41,433 bases of DNA, from contig NW_021835256.1 of the NCBI RefSeq assembly GCF_006345805.1, forward strand, positions 1-41,433. Direction: 5' to 3'. A program made the translations under genes and the position numbers. The notes under the pieces were generated by a model. The model was not told where the DNA came from, ran no database searches, and saw only the letters and a program-made list of their open reading frames with translations. Positions 39,391 to 41,433 of the stretch are shown here, piece after piece. Position 1 is the first letter of the stretch, and each line of letters opens with the position of its first letter. This DNA is from Octopus sinensis. Lineage: Eukaryota.

Positions 39391-40170
39391 ATATATATTA
39401 TATATAATATGATATATATATATATGTATATATGTATATATATATTAATATATGCATGTTTAGAAGAATATCTATGGACATCCCGATTTATCAGTTCAGC
39501 AAGTAATCATTTGTGGAGAGATGAAGACTGATACATATTTGTTATTGAATTGTGAAAAAAGATGGAAAGAGGCTTCACAACATATCGACGGGACAGAAAA
39601 TTGCAGTGAAAACAGCCCGAATGATACATCTAATATAAATTACATGCATACTTTGTCTCTCTTTCTCTCTCTGTCCTTCTATCCAACTAGTTATCTACTT
39701 ATCTATCTATATACACAGACATATATATATTATATATGTAATATATATTATATATAATATATATATAAATGTATATAATATATTACATATATGTTATATA
39801 CATATACATATACATATATATATACATATATACATATACATATATATATACATATATGTATTTACATATACATATATATATATACTATATATATATATGT
39901 ATGTAGATAGATTTGAAGATATTGGTATATGTGTATGAGACATATATGTACACATGCATATATGGATTTACATGTATGTATATAGATAAATATGTGTATA
40001 TTCCTATGCATATATATATATATATACATACATACCAACATATAGAGAAATGCATACATTTACAGATATGCATACATCTACGCACATGCGTACATATATA
40101 AATGTGTGTGTGCGTTTGTGTGTGTGTAAATGTGTTTGTGTTTGTTTGCACGTGTGAGTGTGCTTGCAGG
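38290..40170. repeat. Region rich in (CT)n, (TCTA)n, (TA)n and CA/TG low-complexity tracts
   Basis: Tracts at about 38290-38550, 38700-38870, 39183-39450 and 39720-40160. Confidence 0.8.
39061..39180 (+). mobile_element. PLE-terminal-repeat-like fragment with hammerhead-like motif
   Basis: TTT-CTGCTGA-A-GAGCGGACACTC-GAAA-CGT-A-AAA (39065-39098); homologous to 28306-28440(-). Confidence 0.5.
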
Positions 40171-41244
40171 AAATGCATATAAATGCGTTCAAAACATAAT
40201 TATATATTTGTCATTCAAGTTAATGGAAATTTAAAAATGTAGATCGAAAAATATAATTCATGCTAGTAAAAAGTAACCGTTTACGTCTTCCCACGCCGCT
40301 TTGCGAACAGCTGACGAAATTATCAATATTTTACATTATATGACAGATTCTTTTTCTCCAAAATCTGTCATAACTTACGTATTTTAACCAAACATCCACT
40401 TCCAAGAAACGTTGCTAGAGCAATATTGAGTAGAATTGAACGTCTCGTGTATCAGTGCATGGAATCCACCGCTTCAGGAACCTGATCTTAATTCTTGCCA
40501 CGAAACTCTACAAAGCATTGCCTCGGTTTATAAAATCTTTGACATAACGATTGCACTTCTTCACACCTAACTTTTGCTCTCTTCTCAGAATCCCCTAATG
40601 GTGGCCACTCGTGTCCGTGTAGGATTCACTAGCTGTTTTAAAATACACGTTATACGGGAACATTTAGTGTATAAGTTTCAAATAAGTAGACATTATTTGT
40701 CATTATTTTTATGGGCTCCTCGTGAGCAGTCGTCGGAAAGCTTGTTGTGCATTTTGTTGGAGAATTAAGTTCCTGGATTTTCCTGAAGAGAAAGCTGCAT
40801 AATGGACTCCTTATTCACTCGGAATTAGGAACTTTGCAGACTTCGAAACATATGTCGAAAATAAAATAAAGGAACTTTGTTAAATCTTCGTTCAGCTCCA
40901 TTCTTTCCTATACTTAATATATAAAACTTCAAATTTCCGCACTAAGGCACGGATTTTATGCCCTATGGTCGTAACTTCAACCGTGTTTTAAATTAATCCT
41001 GCATTATAATCTCCCTTCAAGATTTCGATCGTGAGATTATAGTTTCTGTACTTTTGGAATGGCATTATAGAGTAAGATGTAAGAGAGAGGATCTGGAACA
41101 CAAAACAAGTAGAATATTTGGGCCAGATATAGCCGTTGTAAAACCTTAAGGGTTAAAGAATAAGAATTCATACACAGTTTTCCATCTCATGTCCTGCTAT
41201 GCCAGGAGGATTCACATTTGGACATAAACGCTCTGCATACTCTC

Positions 41245-41433
41245 TCTTTTACTCATTTACTCTTTTACATGTTTCAGTCATTTGACTGCGGCCATGCTGG
41301 AGCACCGCCTTTAGTCGAGCAAATTGACCCCGGGACTTATTCTTTGTAAGCCTAGTACTTATTCTATCGGTCTCTTTTTGCCGAACCGCTAAGTGAAGGG
41401 GACGTAAACACACCAGCATCGGTTGTCAAGCAA
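41245..41433 (-). mobile_element. Composite SINE 3' half (module D), runs off the window end
   Basis: Near-identical to 13045-13225 and 26427-26610. Confidence 0.9.

Overview
Eukaryotic, AT-rich, essentially non-coding DNA saturated with microsatellites and tRNA-derived SINEs. The repeat families look like those of Octopus (coleoid cephalopod); this is recognition from memory and needs a BLAST check. No host protein-coding gene could be supported, and every long ORF in the track is a translated simple repeat. The real coding signal is decayed transposons: a Penelope-like (PLE) reverse transcriptase (19.2-20.5 kb, -), an old R4/Dong-like non-LTR element (21.3-22.9 kb, +) abutting a young 5'-truncated R4/Dong 3' end in a (TAA)n tract (23.1-23.4 kb), and a Tigger/pogo transposon with one TIR (26.0-28.3 kb, -). 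About 25 SINE copies are built from interchangeable modules, named here heads A, B, C, E and tails W, X, Y, Z, D. The best hidden signal is an intact type I hammerhead ribozyme core with a palindromic helix III and an unusually long structured stem II (6986-7075, -), plus two degenerate hammerhead-like PLE-terminal repeats with a variant core (about 28.4 and 39.07 kb). A 0.57 kb tandem duplication at 7.2-8.3 kb looks like an assembly artefact. Family assignments rest on remembered motifs; no database search was run, and most boundaries are approximate.
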